Shown piece by piece: positions 54,444 to 64,000 of a DNA stretch of 64,000 nt. Position 1 is the stretch's first letter. The number at the start of each line of letters is the position of its first letter. A model generated the notes under the pieces. The model saw nothing but the letters and a program-made list of their open reading frames with translations. It did not search any database and was not told the DNA's origin. Both the position numbers and the translations under genes were made by a program. Origin of the DNA: Lama glama (Eukaryota); the NCBI GenBank assembly GCA_028534125.1, contig CM052817.1, positions 71,550,001 to 71,614,000 of the forward strand, read 5' to 3'.

Positions 54444-54924
54444 TACACAAATATACATAATATACATATATAAGCTTTGACATGATTTATAAAATTATAT
54501 ATGTATAATTTTATAACACAAATTTATATATATATATGTACATGTGTATATACATATAATAAATGGGCTAAATTGAGGGTAAATTTTACTTATACTTTCT
54601 TTTACTTATATTTTATTACAAGTGCGATGTTTTATACTTGGATGCTATAGTTAGTCCCTCTCTGATCATCATCACCATTCTCAGTGAGAATCTTGGCCCA
54701 GGTGGCAAGTGACTTGCCCTCTTCTCTTCAGCCTGTACATAGTGGGTTTCAGCCCTTCTGCATCCATAATTAGACTCTTTAGTTTAGATGAGTCAGGAAG
54801 CTTGAGACTGAAAAAGGCCCTCTCAAATCCATCTCTTATGATTCATATACTGAAGTAATTCTTATTTATGTTAGGTTTGGGCATTTGAATTTCTTGCTTC
54901 TTCCATGTTCGTCAATTTTGTGGC

Positions 54925-55795
54925 ATATTGGTTTACTATGTTTCATAACAAATTACCACAAATTTAGCAGCTTAAAACACTTATTTATTATTGACAGCAT
55001 GATGTGGCTAGATTCTCTGCTCAGGATTTCATAAGGCTGAAACCAAAGTGTTGGCAGGGCTGCATTCTTTTCTGGAAGTTCTGGGAAAGAATCTGCTGCC
55101 AAGCTCATTCAAGATGTTGACAGAATATAGTTCCTTCTCACACTTTTCATGTGGCCCCCTGCATTTTCAAGCAGGCAACTACATGTGGAATCCTCATGCT
55201 TTTATTCTGTGTTAGTTTCCTTGGAACTGTCGTAACAGATTACCACAAACTGAGTGGCCTGGAACAACAGAAGTTTATTCTCTCACTGTTTTGGGTTCCA
55301 GAAGTCTTAAATCAAGGTTTTGATAGGTCCATGCTCCCTCTGAAACTCTAGGGACGTGAACTTTCCTGCCTTTTCCTAGCTTCTAGTGGCTCCTGGTAAT
55401 CCTTGTCATCCCTTGCCTTGCAGCCACATCTCTCCAATCTCTCTGTCATCACAAGGCTTTCTTCTCTCTGTCTCTGCATCCAAATCTCTCTCTCCTTCAC
55501 CTCATAAAGACATCAGTCATTGGATTTAGGGCTCACCCTACTCCATCATGACCTCATCAGAACTCCTAAGAATAACAGACTCACTTTACATCTGCAAAGA
55601 CCCTATTTCCAAACATGACCACGTTTATAGGTACTGGGGGCTAGAACCTGAACATATTTGGTGGGGAGGCGGGGCTGGGGGGCACAATTCAAATCACTGT
55701 GGAACCTTTCTCTCCCGCCACTAGCTAGAGAAAGTCTCTGCTTTTAAGAGCTTGTGTCATTAGATCAGACAATGTGGATAATCTCCCTGTTATGG
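54925..55795 (-). mobile_element. Nested MLT1 MaLR LTRs (one at ~55208-55700 inside another)
   Basis: Two separate TAACAAATTACCACAAA-type starts (~54945 and ~55232). The outer element resumes at ~55700 (TCTGCTTTTAAGAGC...GGATAATCTCCC). Confidence 0.75.
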
Positions 55796-55862
55796 GCTGA
55801 ATCCACTTACTTCTGCACCCACTGGTTAAAGGTTTCCCCACAGAGTTTAACTCCCTTGCACT

Positions 55863-56273
55863 TATTGACTGAAAGAAAAAAATACGACATAAAAGTTGAG
55901 TTGTTTTATTCAGGGACCTTGCTGAGAACTATAGCCCAGAAAACAGCTTCTCAGTAGCTCTGAAGGGACTTCTCTGAAGAGGTAGCGAAGGATCCATTAT
56001 ATACATGATTTTTTTTTTTTTTGGCTGGGAAATACATGTAGGCAAGCATACATCTTGGTAAAAGATTACTACTAATCACAAAAAACAGGTATCTCAAGTT
56101 AATGACTTTAGTGCTTTTCTATGAGGAGATGCAAGAACCTGGAGTCAATCTTCCTTAGATACTCATCTTAACTATCCAGGGGACCATATATCCCAAACTG
56201 CAGTAGGTTGAGACTCAACCATTTATGTAACTGGACAATGAGAGACACTCTTTGTTCTTTTTGTCTATAGTAC
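55863..56273 (-). mobile_element. ERV1 solo LTR (artiodactyl-type)
   Basis: GTTTTATTCAGGGACCTTGCTGAGAACTATAGCCCAG...CTCAAGTTAATGACTTTAGTGCTTTTCT...GATGCAAGAA. Boundaries approximate. Confidence 0.65.
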
Positions 56274-56313
56274 ATGTACTGGTAGGTTCCTACAGCATCT
56301 CTCATTGTGACAC

Positions 56314-56933
56314 TGATGCAGGAAAACAGATGTGGGGCATGAGAAGGGCTGTGTCCCAGGTCTCATTTGAGCCCCTGGGACATGCTCCACCAAGTGTGGG
56401 TCCTTGGCTTCAAGCAGGAAAGAATTCAAGAGTGAGCCACAGTTGAGTGAAGGTAGATTTATTCAGAGAGATACATTGAAAGGCAAGAGAAAGGCCACAA
56501 GGTGTGGGGGTTGGGTGCTCAGATTAAAAGTAGGTACACACTCCTTAGACATAATGTGGGCTGACTTCTGAGAGGGAGGGGTGGCCGCGAGGTGCTGTGT
56601 TGCGGGTTTTTATGTGCTTGGTGGCTTCATATGCTAATAAGTGGAAGGACCAGTCTCAGCAGCCTGGGGATGGGGCTGAGATTCCCAGGAAGGTGGCCAT
56701 TTTCCACTCTTTGATCTTTTGTGGCTAGCCTTGGGACTGCCATGGCGCCTGTGGGCGTGTTATTCACTATGTTAATATATTACAATGGGCGTATAATGAA
56801 GCTCAAGATCTACTAGAAGTTAAATCTCTCATCCAGAGCTTCAAGGCCTACTAGGGGTTGACTCTTTCACCATTTTGATGTTAATTGCTGTGGCATTCCT
56901 TGAGTGGCTGTGCCCTGCCCCCTTCCTATCTCA
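56314..56933 (-). mobile_element. ERV1 solo LTR with perfect TSD
   Basis: TG...CA termini, TSD ACAC (56310-56313 / 56934-56937), TTTATT near 56458. Confidence 0.92.
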
Positions 56934-57868
56934 ACACCAGAGAAGCTACAGAGCAGAGAAAGAGAAATAATGCTGTACAGGGGAAGCAGGGTACTGTTGG
57001 ATTGCTGGGTCACATAGCAAAAAAGAATTTAATACAGGATTACACAGCAAAAAGATGTTAAAAGTGGGCAGAGAAGACATGAGACAGGTTATAAGAGGTA
57101 TCTGACTATCCAGCAAACCAAGAAATTTAAATGAAAGCAATGAAGAGATACCATTTATTTACCATATAAATTGGGCAAGGTGTTTAAAATGATAATCCCA
57201 TATGGGTGGCTGTCCCATGTAAAGGGAATCTGAACAAAAACTCTAGGAATGAAAAGGATTCCAGAAGCCCTGGGGAGGTAGGATGATGGGGTGTGGCTAC
57301 TGATTAGATGTGGGAAATGAGGGAAAGGGAGGAGTTCCGGGAGACGAGCCTCTGAGCCTGTCACCAGAGGTATTCCTTGGCTGTTAGTTTAGACAGGGGA
57401 TATAGAAAAGGAGAGCTGGATTTTCAGGAGCAAGAAAAGTTTTGGAATGTTGAGTTAGAAATTTGTATTTGGAGCTTGTTAGTGAGATACAGTTTATGAG
57501 TCACTACAAATAAATAGTAGCTGAAGCCCTCTCAGAATAGTGAGATTTTAAAATGGTTTAGAGGAACATCACCAAATGCAATTGTTTAAAAGTGGTCTAA
57601 AGGGTGGAGCTAGTGAAGGAGGACATGCTTGGAGAAGTAGGAGGAAAACAAGAAAGCTGAGTGTTACCAATTGAGGAGATATTTTCAAGGGAGGAAGTCC
57701 AACAGAGTGGAATGCTGCAGAAAGACATAATAGTAAGGATACCACAAAGATGCCATTCCACTTGATTAATAGAAAATTACTTGAGACTTCTGAGAGGAAT
57801 ATTTATAAGATGAAATGGGCAGAAGTCATATTGCACAGGGTTGGAAAGAATAAGACCTCTTCGTAATG

Positions 57869-58286
57869 TGTGAAGGAAAAACCGGGCTGGGCTAACAAGA
57901 TAACTCACAAATCTAAGTATCAGAATACTGATCTGAGTTCTGCTGGACTAACTTGTAAATTTAGGTTAATTAGTGTTGGTTTGCTGTTCAAGGTTTTTTG
58001 CTAGCCAGTTGGGTTTTCAAAGATACATATCTGGCTTTGGAATGTTGGTTTGCTGCCTCCCTGCCTCCACTTTTGTGATGATAATGCTGCTAAAGCTGTT
58101 CCATGCCTATTGGCCTAATACCCCAAGCTTGTACTTTACCCTGTAAAACCTCATGCGCATGTCTTGGAGGTGCTCAGAGCTTCGGGGCAGAAGCCCCTTT
58201 GAGCCCGCCGGGCCGAGTAATACATCTGAGTACTCCAACCCTCCGAGTGGTGCTTGTTTCTTGACTGGCCTGTCGTTTCCATAACA
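57869..58286 (+). mobile_element. ERV1 solo LTR (copy A)
   Basis: TGTGAAGG...CATAACA, near-identical to 58634-59099. Imperfect TSD (AATG left; ATGA or A-overlapped AATG right). Confidence 0.9.
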
Positions 58287-58633
58287 ATGAAGCGACATTC
58301 ATGATAATAAGGGGAAAGAAAAATGACTGTGGTAGGATGTAAGATCAATGAGATGGACATTGAACTCTGGAATTGTGAAGAGGCTAATTTTTTTAATTTG
58401 ATAAGATATAATTAAATTTTCAAATAATTAGAAATTTAGCTTTATTTAAATTATTTTGATTTAAAGTTTGATATTCATTATTAGTTATAGCTTGCTTTTT
58501 AACCTAAATAAATTTGCATGTTTTAGAAGAAAATTATTTTTACTAAAACTATGATAAATAATTTGAAATTTTGCATTTTAGTTTAATATACATTTTAATG
58601 ATAATATATTAAAGTTTTGTGTACATTGAATAT

Positions 58634-59099
58634 TGTGAAGGAAAAGCCGGGCTGGTCTAACAAGATAACTCACAAGTCTAGGAATGTGAAGGAGAGGCTG
58701 GGCTGGTCTAACAAGATAACTCACAAATCTAAGTATCAGAATACTGATCTGAGCTCTGCTGGCTAACTTGTGAATCTAAGTTAATTAGTGTTGATTTGCT
58801 GTTCATATTTTTTTGCTAGCCAGCTGGATTTTCAAAGATATATATCTGGCTTTGGAATGTTGGTTTGCTGCCTCCCTGCCTCCACTTTTGTGATGATAAT
58901 GCTGCTAAAGCTGCTCCATGCCTATTGGCCGAATACCCCAAGCTTGTACTTTACCCTATAAAACCTCATGCACACGTCTTGGCGGTGCTCAGAGCTTCGG
59001 AGCAGAAGCCCCTCCGAGCCCGCGCCGGCGTAATACATCTGAGTACTCCAACCCTCCGAGTGGTGCTTGTTTCTTGGCTGGCCCGTCATTTCCATAACA
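58634..59099 (+). mobile_element. ERV1 solo LTR (copy B) with duplicated 5' ~51 bp
   Basis: TG...CA, TSD ATAT (58630-58633 / 59100-59103), TATAAAA near 58957. The TGTGAAGG unit is repeated at 58634 and 58685. Confidence 0.92.
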
Positions 59100-59130
59100 A
59101 TATAATGACATTTTATTTTATAATTCCTTA

Positions 59131-59463
59131 GAGTAGCACTATCCAATAGAAATATAATGTGAGTCACATATGTGAGCCGCATAAGTAATTTAAAATTTTC
59201 TAGTAGTCATATTAAAAAAGTAAAAAACAAAACCAAAAAACAGGTGAAATAATTCTAATAGTGTATTTTATTTAACAGTACATTAAAAATTATCATTTCA
59301 AAATATAATTAATATAAAATTATTAATGAGCTTTTAAATTTTTTTTCATATTAAGTCTTGGAATCAGTGTATATTTTACACTTACAGCCCATCTCAATTG
59401 GACAGGCACATTTCAAGTGCTCAGTAGCCACAAGCAGCTAGTGGCTAACACATAGGTCAGCAT
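59131..59463. mobile_element. MER33-like hAT-Charlie DNA transposon
   Basis: GCACTATCCAATAGAAATATAATGTGAGTCACA...CACATTTCAAGTGCTCAGTAGCCAC...AGTGGCTA. Confidence 0.85.
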
Positions 59464-60059
59464 GTCTTTAGGTCACTGAAGTCATTAGAAACACAAAATA
59501 TGTGGAAATCTTTATTATGACAACTTAACTTATGATTTTGCTGAAATGAAGGCAAGGAAATGAAATTTTATAAAATAAATGTATAGTAATTTATATAGAG
59601 TATGTGTTTCTTTATTTTATTATTTACCCAAACATCAACAGAATACGTAGACAGGCACAAGTATAAAAGTTAGCTGTCTTTGATATTTTTCAGGCATAAT
59701 AAAAGCCATAGTTTTATACATGTTTTCAGAGTTTGTCATTATTAAGTTGTTTATCAAAGTAGGAGACGAAAACATTTTATTTAAGAGTTTGTTACCTTCA
59801 TTTATAACTTCTAAATATTTAGACATGATATGTGGGACCCCATTTATCTTGCTTCAGGCTCTGGAAATGTTGGGTGTGGGCCTGGCTAGGAACCTTCTTC
59901 CCTCAAATACTGGCAATGGCTCATTCTCTCACTCCTTTTGGTATGAGCTCAAATTTCCCTTTCTCAATGAGGGTCAAAATTATATACACCCACGTAGCTT
60001 GCTGTGTGTATTAACAAGACTTTACTATTTTATTGTTTTCATCTACTATTCTAGGAAAT

Positions 60060-60451
60060 ACGTGCCAAGGAAGATAAAAGTTGTAAGTAACATTATTGTT
60101 CATTCCAGTAACTTTCTGGGAGGCCATCAACTCTTTGTGGAAAGCATCAAATTACAACTTATACCTCAAGACTGCTTGAACCCAGGAGTCTCTGAAGACC
60201 CCACCTTAACATTTTCATCTTGCTGTGACCGTCACTCTTGAACTACCAGTTGTGATCCTCACACAATCTTAACCAAGCACTGCCATTGACAGACTTGGTT
60301 TGAACTAACTCATGTTCTCAATAAATATCCCGACTTTGCTCTCCCTTTTCTGAGATGCTCAAACTCTGCTCTTTCTTACTAAGGTAGGTATAAACTCAGC
60401 TTGCCTCATCAGCAGGTGTCTTAGTGATATTTGGGGGAGCCAGCATTCAGT
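60060..60451 (+). mobile_element. Old ERV1 LTR (MER90/MER110-like)
   Basis: 3' end TAAACTCAGCTTGCC...GATATTTGGGGGAGCCAGCATTC. Confidence 0.55.
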
Positions 60452-62782
60452 ATCAGTAAGGTTTTTCTTGAACATTCTTATTAAAATTGCAACCCCGCCT
60501 TAATCCCTGGAACTTTCTATCCCCCTTTACCTTTTTAATATTCTCCATAGCACTTCTATTTTACTTATTTATATGCTTATTGTGGTATTCCGCCAGAACA
60601 ATTTCAGTCGCACAAAGGCTGGCATTTCTGTGTCAGAGTCTAGAACAGTTGCTGATACCTAGTAGATTGTCAATCATTATTGTTAAATGAATGGATATTA
60701 TCTAATTACTGTGAATGTGCATAACTTAAGCCCCAAATGTGCATTTTGGGCAGACATCTTCAATCATTTAATTGGCTTACATCCTACAAATTTGTATGAG
60801 TTTTCCTCATATTAAGGAAGGTCAAGGAGCACATATGGAAGGCATTTTATGGTTCTCTTACTGAGATTTTTGCTTCTGTTTTTATGACTTTGTAGACTAC
60901 TGGGAAAACATGCTCTGTAAGTGTCTATCCAACATGATCACATGGAACTTGGTTCTTCTTCAGTTCACCTGTCTTTGGTTGCACAATCTTATAATCATTT
61001 TCTGAGGGATGCACTGGCCCTATCCACAGGAACTGTCAACCCATCTCCACATCCATTCAGGCTGGCTTCTGGTTCATCAAACTATTTTAAACAAAACGAT
61101 GTCATTCAAACCTCCTGACCATTCCTGATGTTAATTCCAGGGAAGTTCTAACTCTTGGTAAAAACACCCTCATGAGAAATGATATTCATGTCTACTGGAT
61201 ATGTGGTCTCTTCATCCTCTTGTGTAATTTTACTCATCCTGAATCTAGTCAGATCATCAGTGAGATTTTGCTTAGAGTATCCTCCTCACTTCTGGCTATT
61301 TTTACTGAAATAAGCTTTGATGTAAAGCTTTCACTTTCACACAAAAAGGCTCCATAATAAAGACACAGCAAGAACTAATGCATTTACTGTAGGGATGTTG
61401 CTGAGAACATCATCTACAACTTGCCCAAGTACCAATCCTTCATAAAGGACCATGGCCACAATACCAGGAAATGCCATGCTTTCCCTGTGTAACAGGCAGG
61501 CTTTGAATGTTTACTCTATTCATGCATTTTGTTAGTTTCTTTCTTTGCTTTGATTGCTCAGAAATTCAGAGCCAAATTTGCTTTTTACCTTTAGCAGGTT
61601 TGTAGAAACTTTTTGTAAACTTTTCTTTGGCTTTATTTTACTCTTCCTCCCTTCCCCTTCACTTTGACTCTTTCATCTACTTTATCCTATTTAATTGTAA
61701 ATATTTTTGTTTGTTGCCTCCAGTTCTTTTTGGATGTTAAGTATGAGTGTAAGCATAAGTTAATAAATAAATAAATTAAATACTTGACATAAGATTTGTT
61801 CAAGGAGAGCAGAAGTCTTAATAGTAACTTTTTGGCTTGTGCATACTTTTTGTTTTCCTGTTTTTTTCTTCCACTGACTAAAAATTTCTCTCCCAGATAC
61901 CACTTATCAAATGTAAAAAAATGCACAATATGATTGATGTCATCTAAAAAACCATACAGTATACTTTAATTGCCTTATATGAATGAAATACAGAGTACTA
62001 AAGTTGATTAGCTGATTCTTATTATTCATTTTATTAAGTGAAGCAGCTGTTAATGAAATACTTAGGAGATCAAGTCATCAAGATCCATGAAGCATCATAA
62101 TTCACCGAGAGGCTTTGTTGTCAGTTATCAAGCATAAAAGTAGTAGAGTGAAAAAAGTGAGTCTAAGAAAAATAGTTGTCAACATGATAATTTATAAGTT
62201 AGGCATTTAAAAAAATCATAACTATTTTCCATGTCAGTAATAAATGACATCTGATTATTTAAAAATTCTTTATTGTGTCTCTCGACCAAAACTATCTTTT
62301 GAGAAGTCCAAAACTACTGGACAATTTCCTAGACCTAAAGTGCCTTAGATCACCTACTTCTTCTCTATTTAATTCCCTGCTGTTCGGAATGGATGATTTA
62401 GTTGTGCAATTTTTAGGTCACAGCTTTTAATTCATACAAAATTGTTCTCAAACAATGTCATAGACTGAGCTATCTTTTGGGGTTATATCTCTTTAGTCCC
62501 TGTAGGGGAGGTTCAACCTGTGATCCTCTGAGTTACCCAGATGAAAGGCTTTCCTGCAAGTCTCTACATCTTTTTTAAGATCTTGAATTTAAGACCAGGA
62601 TTCATGGGAATTGGTTTAGGACATCCGTATGGATGAAGTTTCTGCAAGCCAAAAAAAGGATAATGAGCTTTCAGCTTCTCCATTTGGGACCAAGTAAGAC
62701 TATTCCGATGTCATTCCTTTTGAGCACAATTTTTCTGTGCATCATTTAAAAGTAAGAGACAAGAGGGATGGAAAAGGGTCAA

Positions 62783-64000
62783 CAGGCAAAAGACTTGTAC
62801 TCTGAAAACTATACGATGCTGATTAAAGAAACTGAAGATGACACAAAAAGATGGAAAAATGTATCATGTTCTTGGATAGGAAGAATCAATATTGTTGAAA
62901 TGGCCATACTACCCTAGGCAATATACATATTCAGTGCAATCCTTATCAAATTACCAATGGCATTTTTCACAGAACTGGAACAAAAAATTTTAAAATTTTT
63001 ATGGAAACACAAAAGACCTTGAATAACCAAAACAATCTTGAGAAAGAAAATAGAGCTGGAGCAATCACACTCCCTGACTTCAGACTGCACTACAAAGCCA
63101 CAGTAATCAAAACAGGATGGTACTGGCACAAAAGCAGACATATAGATCAATGGAACAGGATAAGAAAGTCCAGAAATAAACCCATGCACTTATGGTCAAT
63201 TAATCTATGACAAAGGAGGCAAGAATATATGACAGAGAAAAGACAGTCTCTTCAATAAGTGGTGCTGGAAAAGCTGGACAGCTACATATAAAAGACTGAA
63301 ATTAGAACATTCTCTAATACCATATACAAAAATAAATTCAAGGTAGATTAAAGACTTAAATGTAAGACCAGATACTATAAAACTCCTAGAGGAAAACATA
63401 AGCAGAATACTCTCAGACATAAATCACAGCAATATATTTTTGGATCCATCTCCTAGAGTAATGGAAATAAAAACAAAATAAATAAATGGGACCTAATTGA
63501 ACTTAAAAGCTTTTGCACAGCAAAAGAAACCATAAACAAAATGAAAAGACAACTCATGGAATAGGAGAAAATATTTGCAAATGATGTGACTGACAAAGGA
63601 TTAGTTTCCAAAATATACAAGCAACTCACAAAGCTTAATATCAAAAAACAAACAACCCAATCAAAAAATAAGCAGAAGAACTAATCAGACATTTCTCCAA
63701 AGAAGACATCCAGATGGCCAACAGGCATATGAAAAGATGCTCAGTATCAACTCATTATTTGAGAAATGCAAATCAAAACCACAGTGAGGTATCACCTTAC
63801 ATCAGTTAGAATGGCCACCATCAAAAATTCTACAAATAATGAATGCTGGAGAGGGTGTGGAGAAAAAGGAACCCTCCTACACTGTTCGTGAGAATGTAAA
63901 TTGGTGCAGCCGTTATGGAGAACAGTATGGAGGTTCCTTAAAACATTAAAAATCGACATCGTATGATCCAGCAATCCCACTCCTGGGCATATATCCAGGG
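62783..64000 (+). mobile_element. 5'-truncated LINE-1 ORF2 C-terminal region, runs off the window end
   Basis: [39 protein letters not shown] and continuous downstream L1 ORF2 homology with frameshifts and stops. Confidence 0.95.

Noticed and set aside
20628..56933. The two related minus-strand LTRs as ends of a single provirus
   Set aside because: 35 kb apart, each with its own TSD, clearly diverged, and no gag/pol/env between them.
58107..59182. Duplicated small ORFs (…GWSTQMYY…RFYRVKYKLGV) as a tandem gene pair
   Set aside because: Antisense translations of the two LTR copies.
59720..60241. 173-aa ORF
   Set aside because: No recognisable homology, overlaps an old LTR, no exon or promoter context.

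Overview
Mammalian genomic DNA, most likely camelid (one Vic-1-like tRNA-derived SINE; no Alu, Bov-A/Bov-tA, PRE1 or B1/B2 noticed). The only protein-coding gene I can support is the 5' end of ELOVL6 (fatty acid elongase 6) on the minus strand. Its first coding exon (11689-11777, [30 protein letters not shown]) lies in a CpG island/promoter at about 9.6-12.6 kb, and the following large intron runs off the left edge. The remaining ~51 kb is upstream intergenic DNA dominated by repeats: many solo LTRs (several with TSDs), MaLR, L1, L2, MIR and DNA transposons, plus a 5'-truncated PAGE/GAGE-family retrocopy. Almost all ORFs in the supplied track are spurious or repeat-derived, and I see no prokaryote-style novel system. 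The best leads are regulatory: a uORF whose stop would move onto the ELOVL6 start codon if a short GC-AG 5'UTR intron is spliced, an intronic SRE/CCAAT/GC-box module, a CCAAT-array LTR 5 kb upstream, and an extra N-glycosylation sequon in ELOVL6. Repeat family names come from remembered consensus sequences, not from a database search.
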